Source of the DNA: Vicugna vicugna
Taxonomy: Eukaryota
Direction of reading: 5' to 3'
NCBI GenBank assembly: GCA_013265495.1
Contig: MU058252.1
Span: 1,770,244 to 1,834,243, forward strand
Length of the DNA stretch: 64,000 bases
A model generated the notes under the pieces. That model was not told where the DNA came from and made no database searches. It saw nothing but the letters and a program-made list of their open reading frames with translations. Position 1 is the first letter of the stretch; every line of letters begins with the position of its first letter. Shown here in pieces: positions 12,196-24,700 of the stretch. The position numbers and the translations under genes are program-made.

Positions 12196-15100
12196 TTTGG
12201 CTGGATGGGAAGGCGGGTTCTGGTTAGTTATTAGGACTAGGAGGTGACGTGACTGAGGACGGGGAGTGTGCAGGCAGATCGTGGTGGCCTCTGCTTGCGG
12301 GAGGAGGAGGTGGGACACGCTCTAACTGCAGGGCGACTGTGTGCAGACTTGCCCTGCACAGGCCTGGTTCTGGGATAATTGTTCACAGTGCAAACTTTTA
12401 CTCTCATAAGTGTCTCCCCTAAATTATTTCGTCACCTTCTTGAAGAGGAAATGGAAACCACTGTAGGCGCAAATGCCCCAAGTTGGACAGCTGAGTGGGT
12501 AATTATCCCTGTCTCCTGTTCCTGGTCCTGCTCATGAGCCCAGGACCGACTGCGATATTTTCTTTTGTCTATGGGTCCGATTCCTGATTTTGGCAGAGAG
12601 CGTCTTGTGTCTCTGTCCCCAGCCATCTGCTGAGGACGGGTATCCCCAAGTCTGCAGACGATGCAGACTTTGCACCGGCTTGGGTGCCAGGGCCACGGGC
12701 GTTTGCTCTGACTTACCTGTTCCTCGTCCTCTCTGGTGGTTCCAAACTCCGTGCCTCTCCTCCCTCGGAGCCTGCACACCGTGCCCGTCCCAGGGGAGCG
12801 GACGCGTCAGGACAGCAGGACAGCAGCCAGGGAGTCACTTCCCGGTAATGGTGTATTCCCGGGGCGTGAGGGCCCACTGTTTTTTACAGTCAGTACGCAA
12901 ATAGCTCTGTGCCTGGGCCAGCCTCCAGGGAAGCTTTGAAACATCAAAACAGAACTCTCTCCGAAAACGCGCTTACAGCACTTTCTCCAGAACGTCCCGA
13001 AGACCCAAGCATCTCTCAGCCAGAGCGGTTTTCTGTCCTCTCCTGCCTGTTATGCATGACAATGACCAAGTGCGGGTTTAGGGTTTCTTCTTTGGTAGAC
13101 ATGACGGCAGACAACGCAGCGACCCCAGCCTCTGGCGGTCTTGGAGCAGGTACTTCGGGGCCGTCTCAGTGCTGAGCACCTAGTCAAGCCTCTGTGATCA
13201 TGAGGATACTAGAATGCAGCCGCCTGGGATCCGGGGCCTTGGATAGAATCCACGGATGTTACAGGAGACGCAAGTCCGGGAAGCTGAGGGGCGTGTCGGC
13301 AATGTAGCCAGGCTCCTGGGCGTTTCCACACAGTGCACTGTAAGCGGATAGAAACTATGGCCAACGCGTGCGTTGCAACTGGATTCAAAATATGAAAGAC
13401 AAAATGTAAGCTGGCCTTTGACGTCTGACAAGTTCAGAGCCAGGTGTTTGCCACTTGGACTCACCTGAGACTCATCCCATTTACTCGTAAAACTGACGCT
13501 GTGTCTGAAGGCACCTACTGTCTTCTGCGCATGTGCTGTTCCCCCTACCAGCTCTGGGTCACGCAGTCCATCATCCGTGCACCCCGCCCTGTTTCTGTCC
13601 AAATCACGCCTCCTTTTCTCTGTGTCCATCGCATCCGCCCCATTTGCATGGGTCTGACCCACTCACTGACCAGTGGCTGCATTCTGCCGTCACAGTTGGA
13701 CTTGGCGCCTCTGGTAACTGGGTAACCCTGGGTAAGAAACGTCTCCTTTCCGAACCTGAGTTTCTTCACGTGTAGTCTGTTGGGAGGGCAGCAGGACAGT
13801 GGGGAGAGGGTCCAGGGTCCCCTGGCTGCTCACCAGCACCAGCTTAAGAGGCTGCCCAGGGGTTCTGGCCCCTGAGACACACAGACCAGAGGAAGCACTC
13901 GGAATCCTAAAATCAGTGGTCCTCCAGAAAGGGTGCATCCTTCTCGTGTTGGCCCCTGCCCTCCACGGCGTTCATGTTCTGTTAGGCAGAGCTCAACAAG
14001 GTAATCCGTGGTCAGCGGTCTTTCAGGGGCCCAGGGGCCCCCTATGAGTCCGTCCTTCTCCCTCAAGATCGCTTCTGATATTTCTAGAAAAAAACAATAA
14101 AACAACCAAAGACCTGCACTTGGTCCTTCTGACTTTCTGGAAAATTATTACTAGCTTTTTCTTGATGAGTTGTGTGCCCTTTATTTTAGAGATTTTTCTG
14201 CCCGACATCCCGGCCCAGACTGTCCTGCAGATGAGGGGTCCCAGCTGAGCATCGTGCTGGTGTCAGGGGGCTTGTGGGGTCACTGATACTGAGGAGGTGG
14301 GGTTTCTCGAGGAGGAACACTGGGTAACTGGAAGCAGCCCTGCTGTCCTGCTGGAGGCTGGAGGGCGGCGGTGTCACAATTTTGGATTTCCAGCTGCAAA
14401 GTCGACCATTCTAGGAGGTCACCGCTAAATGTTTCTTTTGAAAAAAACCCAAAGCATATCCTGTATTTGATAGAACTCAATATCCAGCACCTGGAAACCA
14501 GATCATCATCACTTTTTACTTCACACAATTCAATTTTTAAAAATTAAGGAAGGATATGTTACTTCTTTAATTAAAAAAGTGACAATTGGAAATCCCCCAC
14601 TCCCCAGGCTAATCCCTGTAAACAGTTTTCATGTGCTAGAAAAAGTGTGGAAAGAAAGATGCACGCCAAAATTGAGATGATCGTTTTATATATATTGCAA
14701 TTTGCTCCCCACCAACTGTATCATAGATACACGTACCTAATGCATTTAACACGACTTAGATTCTCCTGTCTGCTTCCTGGATACACAGCTACTTACCACA
14801 TCCAGCTGCCAACAGATTCTATCTGGACCACACGGTTCTGCTATGTGGAGCTGACTGGTCATCTTCCCCCTTTGCTGCCACCAACCAACTGCACGCCCCA
14901 CATTTCTGGCTCCTGTCCCTTCTGGTAACCTGAGTGGCTCAGAAGGGGCCAGATTACCCCATGAATGCAGGAAGAGGAGTTAGCGCCCCACTGGATGGAT
15001 GTTGACCAGTTGCACACAGAGGTGGGAGGAAGGCAGCCCTCCTTCCTCTCTGCTCTGAGGTGTGCTGTCTCTGCACTGCATGTCCCAGAAACATGGCATC

Positions 15101-15217
15101 TCCCATAGCGACCTGCTGTCCCTTCAGGACTTACTAGGAAACAACATCCTGCCAAGTAACAGCTCCCCTGCAACACTTCCCACCCATTGCCATCTGTGAT
15201 CCCGGAACAGGATGTGA

Positions 15218-15231
15218 CCACGAGGTGGCAG
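15218..15231 (+). promoter_or_regulatory. CTCF core motif (copy 1)
   Basis: CCACGAGGTGGCAG matches CCASYAGRKGGCRS at 13/14 positions. Confidence 0.6.
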
Positions 15232-15747
15232 TGTCACACACAGCTTTACTCGGGTGATGCTTCGGGAGGTTTGCAGGTGGTGGAAGTGAGATCTCCCAGA
15301 GGCTCACTGTGGGACCATCCGCTAGAGAGGAGAAGGGCACGGAGCTCCAGGGGAGAGAGGGGTGGGGGAGGGGGATTGTGTGTCTAGGTGATGTCTCTCA
15401 GCAGCTCACCAGAGAGCCTCTGGGTCAGAGAGCTCCGAAGGGCAGTGGCCGCGTGGGGTCTGTGAGCTGGGTTTGTCTTGTCTCTGGCTAGCAGACATTG
15501 GGCACAGGGTTGGGTACACAAAGCAGGCAGGTGCTGAAGGACTGAAAATGTGCTTCTTTGGTCTCCACTAAAAGCAATTGGATAGGTAAAATTTTGAGTT
15601 TGGCTGCTGGCAGGCTTTTGAGCAAATGGCTCTCAGACTCCTGTGAAAAAGTAAGCAACGGAGGGCCAATGGACAGAGACTCTGGCAAGAAACCTGTCAC
15701 CTGCATTGCTTCCCCTCCTTTGCTATCTGTGCAGGAACAGGGTGTGG

Positions 15748-15761
15748 CCACGAGGGGGCAG
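15748..15761 (+). promoter_or_regulatory. CTCF core motif (copy 2)
   Basis: tggCCACGAGGGGGCAGtg; 13/14 match. Confidence 0.65.
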
Positions 15762-16279
15762 TGTCACGCACAGCCTTATCTGGCGGTGGTTCGCTAGGTT
15801 TGCTTGTTGTGTAGGATTTCAAACTCCAGCTGCAGCTCAGAGGGGAGAAGGCTCAGGGCAATGACGTTCCTCCCGGACTGCACGTCGCCTCACCTTTGAT
15901 AAAAGCAGAGCCGCCTGGTCACACGTCTCCCCCGGAAGGCCCTCGGCTCTTGTCCGGGGTCCCCGCTTAGGTTTGTTTGTGGCTTAAACCGAGTCTGATT
16001 CACACTTCACCTCTGACAGAGACAGTATTGAGACTCCCCTGCAGGTTCCCAGCGGCCGCTGGAGTGCTGACTCCTGTCGGGTCCCTTGCCTCCGTCCGTC
16101 ACGTGTAAACGGCCTAAGGACTTCATGCGGCACTGTTTAAAATGTTTGAAAAGAAAAGTGCAGTATCTTTTTGACTGATTGATACCTTGATTAGGATGAC
16201 TTTTTTTTAAAAACACATTGTAGGTTTGCTCACCAAGAGTTAAAGGAATGATACATTTAATTAAACATGAATCATTTCT

Positions 16280-16830
16280 ATTTGTGAGAAAGCATTACAA
16301 AAATGAAAAAAATCACAAACTGAGAAGATATTTGAAACACACCTAATAAAATATTATTATCAGAATATATTACAACTTTTTATGAAGCAAAAAGAGAAAG
16401 ATAAAAATTGAGCAAAAGACATGAATGGACCTGTTAGTGTGAGGGGAAAACGAACGGCCAATAAAGGCATTCATGTTGTGTACACATCGCATCTCATTAG
16501 TGACCAGATCGCCACAATTAAGGAAGCTGATGACATTAAATGGTAGAAAGGGTGTAAGCCAAGAACTCGTTGTCCTTACTGCTGGTGGGAACATTGTCTG
16601 GGGCAATTGCTTTGGAAAAAGAAGATTCACGATTTCTTGTAAGTTGAGCACTTGCAGACCTCGTGACCAGAAGCCATCTCCTATTTCTAGCTTTATTCTC
16701 AAGGAGAACTCTCTGGTATGTGTACCAGGAGACACGTACAACAGTGTCTATTGTAGCCCGATTCATAATGTGGAAAAACTGGGAGCAATCCAAATTCCCA
16801 CTGACGAAAGAGAAGAAACTGATGTTTGGA
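16280..16830 (+). mobile_element. Old L1 (L1ME-like) 3' ORF2 fragment
   Basis: gctggtgggaacattgtctggggcaattgctttggaaaa...attcataatgtggaaaaactgggagcaatccaaattccca resembles the end of L1 ORF2. Confidence 0.75.
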
Positions 16831-16926
16831 GAGAAGATTGACACCTTGAGGGATGGTTTTACGAGCGACGACCACACCTCTGTGTCAGGCACGGGTTTGG
16901 CTTGCCGTGGGCTGGAGGGGTGCAGG

Positions 16927-17430
16927 TGTCAGCCATAATTTCAGCAAAACACCGTCGGTAGAGTGAGTTGCACCAGAGGGCTAAGTTTATTAGATTTCTG
17001 GGAGGGCACCCCGTTGACAGACTCCGTAGCTTCTCTGAAGGAGACAGTCTTGGGAAAAGGTTCCATTATAATAGCTTTAGGTTGGGGGCACAGAGAAGTG
17101 AAGGTCTAGAAGGAAGTATTCAGGAGCAAGAGGTAAGTCTTGAGAAGTCAGTGTTTTACGCTGGTTCACAGAGATAGATTTCTGGAGCGTTGATTCCTTG
17201 AAGCAAGGCTCTGAGAGAATTTTTGCGTGACTCCAGTGTATTGTTTAGCAAGCGACCGGAAAGCGTGTTTGTCCCGGAATTTTTAGCCCAGAGACAGTAG
17301 AAGACGTTCGATCTCAGAATTGTTTGGCGCAGCAATAAGGTGTGTGGGCTTCAGCTTGAGCCTCTCCCCTCGGGCAGCTCTGGAGGGCAGACCATGACCT
17401 TCCGGCTCGGGGCCAGTCCTGATCTGTACC
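16927..17430 (-). mobile_element. ERV1 LTR (MER110/MER90-like), probable 3' LTR of a decayed provirus
   Basis: Minus strand has AATAAA (plus-strand tttatt ~16986) and ends ...TGACA at 16927; lies directly downstream of an env-like remnant. Confidence 0.6.
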
Positions 17431-18162
17431 TCTCTTTGCTGAGTCACAGTCACCGGCAGAGTTTACAATACGAGCTGTTCCAGTGTTTATAGAGGTCAGA
17501 GTTTCCTGTGCTTTCTGTAAGAAGATGACTTGCTGGAGCCTCTGGTTGGATGGTGGCTGTCCAGCGGCACTAGAGATCACACATTTGAGCACCATGACAC
17601 ACACACACACACCGTGCGGAGGAGGGTGGTCAGAGCTTGCTGTCCACATCTTAGCCACACTAGACAAAATGCCCAAATTAAACCAGAAGAAGAGATCTCA
17701 CCCCCAGTCTGAAGGGCTACATGAGAGTATTAACGAAGTCACCTAAATTCACGAAACTTTTCTTTTCCAGACCTTTTTGTCATATTAAAAATCCGAGAGC
17801 AAGGTGTGTAAGCACAGTGCCCCCCGGAGGGCAGGACGTGTTGCGCCCCGAGAGGCTGGTCCACAGCCACACACCCCTTGTTCATTTTCACAGAAGCCCC
17901 TCGAGAGAGGACTGTCCTGAAGGCAGGCTGCCCTGTATGGAGAACAGATTCTTACATAATTTACAGGTCCTAGCCGTAGGTTTTTGTGCTGCAAATCCAA
18001 AACCATTTATTAGGCAAAATCTGATGACATATTTCAGCCAAAACATACCTGATGCTACATTATCATGTTTAGAATGGTAAAGGTTTTTTTGCATGTTGTC
18101 ATTATTTAGTTTATAATTATTCCTGATAATAATAATTTCTGATGGCGTGAATGAATACATTC

Positions 18163-18750
18163 TTTTTTTGAAATTGAAGTACAGTTCGTTTACAATGTGT
18201 TAGTTTCTGGTGCACAGCATAGTGATTCAGTTACACATATATATTCCTTTTCATATTCTTTTTCATTACAGGCCATTGCAAGGTTTTTAAAGTTTTGTTT
18301 GGTTTTTTTTGGTGGGGGAGGTAAGTAGGTTTTTATTTATTTACTTATCTTTTTTTTTTTTAATGGAGGCACTGGGGATTGAACCCAGGACTCTGTGCAT
18401 GCTAAGCATGCGCCCTACCCCTGAGCTGTACCCTCCCCTACATACAAGATATTGATACAGTTCCCTGTGGAACAGGACCTTGCTTGTAGGACCCTGCTGT
18501 TGATCTGTTTTATGTGTAGTAGTGTGTATCTGCAAACCTCAAACCCCCAATTTATCCTTCCCCCGCCCACTTTTCCTGCCTGGTGACCATACGTTTGTTT
18601 CCTGTGTCTGTGAGTCTGTTTCTGTTTTGTAAATAAGTTCATTTGTGTCATTTTTTTAAGATTCCACATATAAGTGATATATGTTATCACGGTACCTTTC
18701 TTCCTCTTCCTGGCTTGCTTCGCTTAGTATGATGCTCTCCAGGTCCGTAG
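18163..18750 (-). mobile_element. Lineage-specific L1 3' end with a nested SINE
   Basis: aattgaagtacagttcgtttacaatgtgttagtttctggtgcacagcatagtgattcag...ttccacatataagtgatat. Confidence 0.9.
18285..18438 (-). mobile_element. Camelid tRNA-derived SINE (vic-1-like)
   Basis: Reverse strand ggggagggtacagctcaggggtagggcgcatgcttagcatgcacagagtcctgggttcaatcccc plus A-rich tail. Confidence 0.9.
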
Positions 18751-19941
18751 GATGGTAGAGTTGTAAAACCACCCATCAGTGTGGTTCTTAGCAGGTGTTG
18801 GACTTTGTAGAATAGAGACCATCAGGTAGATGCAAAGAAGCAGAAAAGCCTGAGGGGACCTTGAGCGGCGCCCCTCACTGAGAGCTGGGGAGCAGGCCAG
18901 CGGCGGTGGGCGGCGGCTGTTCCCCAGCGCATCTGTGGACTTTCTTTTTGTAGAAGTTCAGTCACAAAGGCATCGCCTCCGAAAGGCACTTGAATGCTGG
19001 TTCTGTGGAGACAGAAAACCTTTTTTCTATGTACAATGTGACAGAGGATTTGAGATTTCTGGCTGGCCATCCTGTTGTGTTGCTGGACATCTAAAAAGTG
19101 CTTTGTATTTGAATCCAGTTACCAAGGAACCCAGCTGACTTATTAAAAGAAAGTAGCAACAAAGGGAGCTGATGGCACAGAAGGGACTGTGAACACAAAC
19201 CAAGTGGTCCATTTGCTTATATATTTTGGCTGCATCATTAATAATTATATTTCCAATAGACTCATACCAAGGAGCAGCAAAGGATGCAAAATTGTATGTT
19301 AATGATACGGATTTTACAAGCACCATAGTAACAGACAAAAAGTGTCTCGTAATGACCCCGAACCTTACAGTAAGTAAAGAGAAAAGAAAATGAAGAACAA
19401 AAGCACGCAGATTAAAGCAGGAGACCGTGCGGCTCAGATTACCTGAATCTTGTTCAGTGGGTCTTGGTTGAATTTGCCTGCTTCATGCTGGTGTCTGCTT
19501 GATCTGAAAGTCTTTGATGGAAGCTGTTTTCTTCCAATGAATACCTGCTTTTAGGGAATTTTGAAATTAGAGAATTTCAGCTTTTTTAGCTTGAGATCTC
19601 AATACAGGACAGATTTTCGATGATTAGAAAATGTCTTGTCTTTTTTGGGATGGGTTGGTTAGGGAAAGACAAATGTGTGTTCAGGAATCAAACCCTGAGA
19701 TTTTTCTCCTGGGCGACTTAACAGTATCTTATAAGATTGTGTCCATCAGGTTTTTGGGGCCATTTTTTTCAGATGTCTCTTAAGAAGATCAGTTTTCCAG
19801 GTTTTAGATTATACAAGAGCTGTTTAGGAGGACGGTGGGCAAACTGTGGATGATAGGACTGGATTTATTATGTGAGTCCTCTGCAGTATCTGTCCAAGCC
19901 TGCTTGCCAGAGGACGTAACCTAGAATCAGAGATGAAATTA

Positions 19942-20134
19942 CAGTTGACCCTTGAACAACGTGGGAGGTTAATCTGAGCATAACTTACTGCTGCCCCTCT
20001 GGACCCACAGCGCCTCTGCATCCATGAATTCAGCCAGCCACGGGCTGAGCAGGACTGCAGTAGTTACTAATGAGAAATCTCTGCAGGTAAGGGGACCCAC
20101 GCCGTCCGAACCCACGTTGTTCAAGGGTCAGCAG
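19942..20134. mobile_element. Tigger-family non-autonomous DNA transposon (MITE)
   Basis: Terminal inverted repeats cagttgacccttgaacaac / gttgttcaagggtcagcag, flanked by TA at 19940-41 and 20135-36. Confidence 0.9.
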
Positions 20135-20164
20135 TATTATAGGTGCGGGCTGATCTGCTACTAA

Positions 20165-21016
20165 CTCACAGAAATTAATAACAGAAAAAAGTTTGGGAAA
20201 TTTGTATATATGTAGCAATTAAAAAACCTAGTCCTAAATAAACAATGGGTCAAAGAAAACATCACAAGGAAATTAGGAAATACTTTGAGATGCATAAATG
20301 TGAAGCACAGCCTGTCCAAACAACGTTCTGAAGCAGAAATTTAAAGTTGTAAGCTCCTATATTGACAAAGAAGAAAGAGCTCACATTAATAGCCAATGTT
20401 TCCAGCTTCAGTCACTTACAGAAGCGCCAGCAAAGCTCGAGTTAGCAGGAGGAAGGCAACGCTAACAATGAGACTGGAAAATATGAAAAGTTTTAAAGGA
20501 AAACAGAAAATCCTCAGAAGCAAAGTTGGTCGTTTGAAAAGATCAGCAAAATTGACAAATCTTTAGCTCGCTCAACTGAGGAAAAAAGAGGCAAAATTCA
20601 AACTAGTAAAATCAGGAATGAAGAATGGACATTTCTACTGACCTTATAGAAATAAAAAGAACAGGAGGGGAATGCACTGTATGCTGACAAATTCGGTAAC
20701 TTAGACAAAACGGAAAAAATTCTGCAAAGACACAACCTGCCAAAACTGACTCAGAATAATTTTAAAACTCTGAAAAAACCTATAGCGAATAAAAAGATTA
20801 CATTAGAAATTTAAAACATCCCATCCAAAAAAGTACAGGCCCCAAATTCTACAAAACTTTGTGAAATTAATGCCAGTCATTTACAAACTCTTCCAAACGA
20901 CAGACGAGGAGGAGACACTCCCCAACTCATTTCATGAGGCCAAGATCACCCTGACATGAAAACCAGACAAAAACGTTACAAGAAAAGAAGCTACAGACCA
21001 ATATCTTTAATGAATC
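20165..21016 (+). mobile_element. L1 ORF2 internal fragment
   Basis: A-rich L1 sequence (aacaatgggtcaaagaaaacatcacaagg...ccaactcatttcatgaggccaagatcaccctgac...ctacagaccaatatc). Confidence 0.9.
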
Positions 21017-21029
21017 TAAACCAGTATGA

Positions 21030-21920
21030 CTGACCCTGTCACCCATCAGAGCTTTTCTGTGAGACGCTAGCAGCCTTGGAGGCAACAGCGAAGACAGACA
21101 GCCCTGTGTCCCCTCTCTCCCCTGCGAATGTCCTCTTGTGGACTCAGATGGAAAGTGACAAGAACTGGGGGGGAAACAGATAAGAACAGGAAAAAAAAAA
21201 AAGACACACTTATACAAAAGGTAAGAGTTTTCATATTAGACCAGGTAATCAAAGGATTCCTAAAGGGGTGGTGCTCATCCCTGGGGGACAAGTAAACTTG
21301 ACCTTTGGGGGCCCTGACAAGAAGAAACCATGGCTCGGACGCCTGTGTGTGCAGCCCCGGGGCCTCAGAGGAGTGCACTGTCTGCGTGGAGACCATGGAG
21401 CAAGGCAGCGAGAAGGTCTTGGCTGGGTCTTGGCAAAATCTCCAGGATTGTCAGCTGTCAGTTTCCAAGAGATGACCGTACAATGTGTCAAACAAGCAAA
21501 ACTAAATTTATTAAACTCACTGCGATGAGGAGAAACCCTGTCGTGACAGACGGAGCCTTGGCAGTAACTCAGAGGAGGGAAGCTGGGGGTGTATCTACGG
21601 GGCTGGGGCCTCAGCCGAGTGACTGAGGAATCCTGCAGGGAGGGCAACTGTGTGGTGTTGGACAGAGTCTACGCCCGTTTGGTGGGGGGCCCCGCAAGGT
21701 GGAATTCTTGAAGTGAATGTCGATGAGCCAGCTGTCAGTTCTAACAAGGGAGCTATCTAGCGGGTTCAACGTCTGCCGGTTTTCCAATAAATACTTGCTT
21801 CCGGAAGATCAGTTACTTTTGCTCATCCCATAACTGCTGAACACAGAATGGAGAAGTCTGCCTTTCACCAGGGCTGTTTAGAGGGTAATCGTTCTCTGAG
21901 GACAATTACAGCGCTTTACA
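21030..21920 (-). mobile_element. ERV1 LTR (~21450-21920) followed by a leader-like segment
   Basis: Shares blocks with the 16927 LTR (ctaa.tttatta, gacagac, ttc.ttgaag). Minus strand ends ...TGACA and continues ATCCTGGAGATTTTGCCAAGACC, a degenerate PBS-like position. Confidence 0.55.
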
Positions 21921-23400
21921 AAGCAGCCTGGGAGAAGGTCAACGGCCACACTGCGGAAACCAGCAAAGAACACCCACCCACAAGAGAGTGAACGGAGGCG
22001 GCTTACTCCTGGCTTGCGTAGCGAGGCAGTCAGCGCGCATCACTTCTTCGCCTGAGACTCAAAGGCAGGAAGGAGAGAGAAGTTTTGCAGTAAAAAAACG
22101 TATGCTCTGGCCGGAGGCTGTTGGCCTAGAAAAGCTGGGGAGTTGGCAAACTGGAAACGTGGTATTTTATGTAATTAGTTTGGGGGGCATATTTGGCTTT
22201 CTTTCGCTGGAGTTGGAAATGGGGCAAAAACCAGGGAAGATGGAAATCTTTCACCACCGCTGACCGTCTGGCCTGGTGGCCGCAGAGGCTGCGGTCCGAG
22301 TTCTGTGGTCACAGTGGTCTGGCCAGAGTTCGCTTGTGTGATCCGTATGCTGGCCTCAGTTCTCAACTGCAAACAGCCCCAAAAGGTATAGCAGTGTTAA
22401 ACTAGAAATGGTCCAAGAGCCTTGAATTTCTGAGAATGAATAGTGTTTTACAATTCAAATTAAGAGGAGATGAGCTTTTGAGCCAGAATTCTTTAAAAGT
22501 TTGTGGAATGTTTCATATAAAGGAGAGCAGCAAGTGAGTATGTAAGGTTAAGTATATGTGAAGGGGGAACTGCATTATTTTTAGGTGATGTTAGTTTAGT
22601 TGCCTATAAGCAAAGCAATCTTCACACTCCCTTTGGAGTCCCAGACGGAAGTTTACGGAGGAGAGTAAGACCAGGCGCGGTTAAGTGCCCTTGGACAGGT
22701 GTTTCCTGATGACCCAGTGAGTCAAGGCGACAGTTTTGCTCAACCATAGACTCTGTGTTACTGCGTAACTCCCCCTCTTCCATTGAGTCTTCTGAACTAA
22801 CATATAGCCGTGCACGCAATTCATCTTACAGGTTCTCAGAAGTTTCAGCGAGCTCATTTTTCACTCGGCCTAAAATATTTTAAAGTTCAGTTCTCTTTTT
22901 CTGGAATATAAAAATTTAAGGAACAGATCAAAGTTTTCTATTTAGTTTTAGATAACTGATCTCTCAAACTCACTCATAAAGGAATGAAATGTTTCTTCAA
23001 AAGTTTGTTACGCTCTGAGAGACTTTGTTCAACGGGAGTCTTGGGTCCGTGAAAGCGCTACCCGCAGGCACGGCTCATAACCGACAACTGCAAAAATACC
23101 CCAAATCAACTGAGCCCCCGAGGATGGTGCTGGTGTCCCTTCTACCCACTGAAAGTACTGTGTAACATGCAGGGAGCTGGTTTCTTGTTTCTAGCCTGGT
23201 CTCTTTCTGTGTTGTTTCGTAGTCACGCGCCACAGTCTTCCACTATGAATTGCTCTTAGAAAGACTTCAGCAGTTGTTTGCAACAGACACTTTACAACGT
23301 GTGGTGTTCCACATTGCTCACGGACGCCTCGTCTTATACCGCTGAGTTGTCTTACATCCCGGTGGGTTTTCTGACTCTCCAAGGGGTCCCTGCCATAACT
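21920..23400 (-). mobile_element. ERV1 internal 5'/gag remnant
   Basis: Minus-strand LPSGTP at 22634-22651 with downstream residues resembling the gag matrix start of MER4/MER34-group ERVs; heavily decayed. Confidence 0.45.
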
Positions 23401-23405
23401 TGCTT

Positions 23406-23680
23406 GTTGCCAAAACTTGGCCTCTGCACCCTGTTACCGCATTAAGACTTGAGGGTAGAGTTTTGGATGAAGTAGAAAAGGCAGCTTTATGTCTTTGCAG
23501 GCAAAGGAGGTCACAGTGGGCTCATGCCTCTGAGACTGTGAGCCTGTGGAGAGAGAAGGCAGGGCGTTTGTAGTGAGAGTTCAAGGCGCGGCGCTGGTTT
23601 CCGTAAAGATAGCATCCAGAGTAACAGCCTCCTGCAGAGCTGTCCTTGTGTTCGGAGATGCTGTGGTGTCGTCAATTTGT
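23406..23680 (-). mobile_element. Artiodactyl-type ERV1 LTR fragment
   Basis: agagttttggatgaagtagaaaaggcagctttatgtctttgcaggcaaaggaggtcacagtgggctcatgcc resembles reverse-strand artiodactyl ERV1 LTR ends; starts tgttg. Confidence 0.65.
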
Positions 23681-24299
23681 AATAAAGAAGCGTGTCAGAT
23701 CAATCAAATCGGTACACCTAAACGTACACAACATTATATATCAATTGCATCTCCACGAAGCTGGGGAAGCTTTTTAAAAGGTAGATGATGCAGCACATTA
23801 ACTGTCCTGCGTCGCTTCCCTGGTTTGGTTTTCCTTCCGGCCACAGCCTATCACAGGTGTAGGTTTTCAGATGCTATCAGAACCCACTCCCTCCGGGTGA
23901 AGCGCTCTGAGACGGCCTGCTTCCTTGGCTTTGTACCAAGGGATCTGAATCCCCTTTGATTGTTACATGTTTGACTTTCAGTATAGTCTGTGATAAATTT
24001 TAAAAAGATGCTTACGCGTGAGGTGTTGCTTTGAGTAGCATTGCAGGTTATGATGATGTTATGATTACAGAATTTGTTTTGTTCATGTAGAAAATCCACT
24101 CGGGCATTGGAAAAAAAAGAAAGTAACGAATGCCACGTGAGAGTTTGCCTGATCGGCTTCCGTGTGAATGCAGAGCAACCTGCATTCACGCAAGAGCCAG
24201 TCCTTTCAAAATTCACTCCACTCTCGCTCATCATGGGAGATGCTAGGGGAAAGTTGCTGTCACTAGCTTATTTTCCAGAATTTTGCTTTATACATTTGT

Positions 24300-24700
24300 T
24301 TTTAAAAAATTTTTATTGAAGTATAGTTGATTTACACTGTTCTGTGTAGGTATATAGCAAAGTGATTCAGTTATTTTATACATATATATATGTATATATT
24401 CTTTTTCATATTCTTTTCCATGATAAGCTATGATAGGATAATTGACTATATTTCCCTGTGCTATATAGTAGTGTGTTTCTGTTAATCCTGAACTCCTAAT
24501 TTATCTCTCCCCCTCCACCCCTTTCCCCTTTGGTAACCGTAGTTTGTTTTCTTGGTAACCAGAGTTTTTTCCTATGTCTGTGAGTTGACTTTCGGTTTGT
24601 AAATAAGTTCATTTATATCATTTTAAAAAAAGATTCCACATGTAAGTGAAATCATATGATATTTGTCTTTGTATGACTTATTTCACTTAATATGATAAGG
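24300..24700 (-). mobile_element. Lineage-specific L1 3' end
   Basis: ttttattgaagtatagttgatttaca...agattccacatgtaagtga. Confidence 0.9.

Larger units (their letters stand above)
17430..19935 (-). mobile_element. ERV1 internal remnant: integrase C-terminus and env, pseudogenised and interrupted by L1/SINE
   Basis: Minus strand 19670-19835 reads, with frameshifts, PPKQLLYNLKPGKLIF/KRHLKKMAPKT*WTQSYKILL/SGFDS*THI, matching the class I integrase tail (LQPGD.V..K....LEPRWKGPY.VLL...GID.WIH). A hydrophobic signal-peptide-like stretch sits at ~19370-19430, and TM-like DLFFWFNLG/WLR...LL/VMVLKCVIS at ~17500-17700. Confidence 0.7.

Noticed and set aside
18361..18438. tRNA-like sequences here and at ~9.1, 26.6, 35.5 and 41.6 kb
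   Set aside because: Heads of tRNA-derived SINEs with A-rich tails, not tRNA genes.
18822..19338. Possible processed pseudogene of a cellular gene
   Set aside because: Better explained as the env region of the ERV remnant, directly downstream of the integrase tail.
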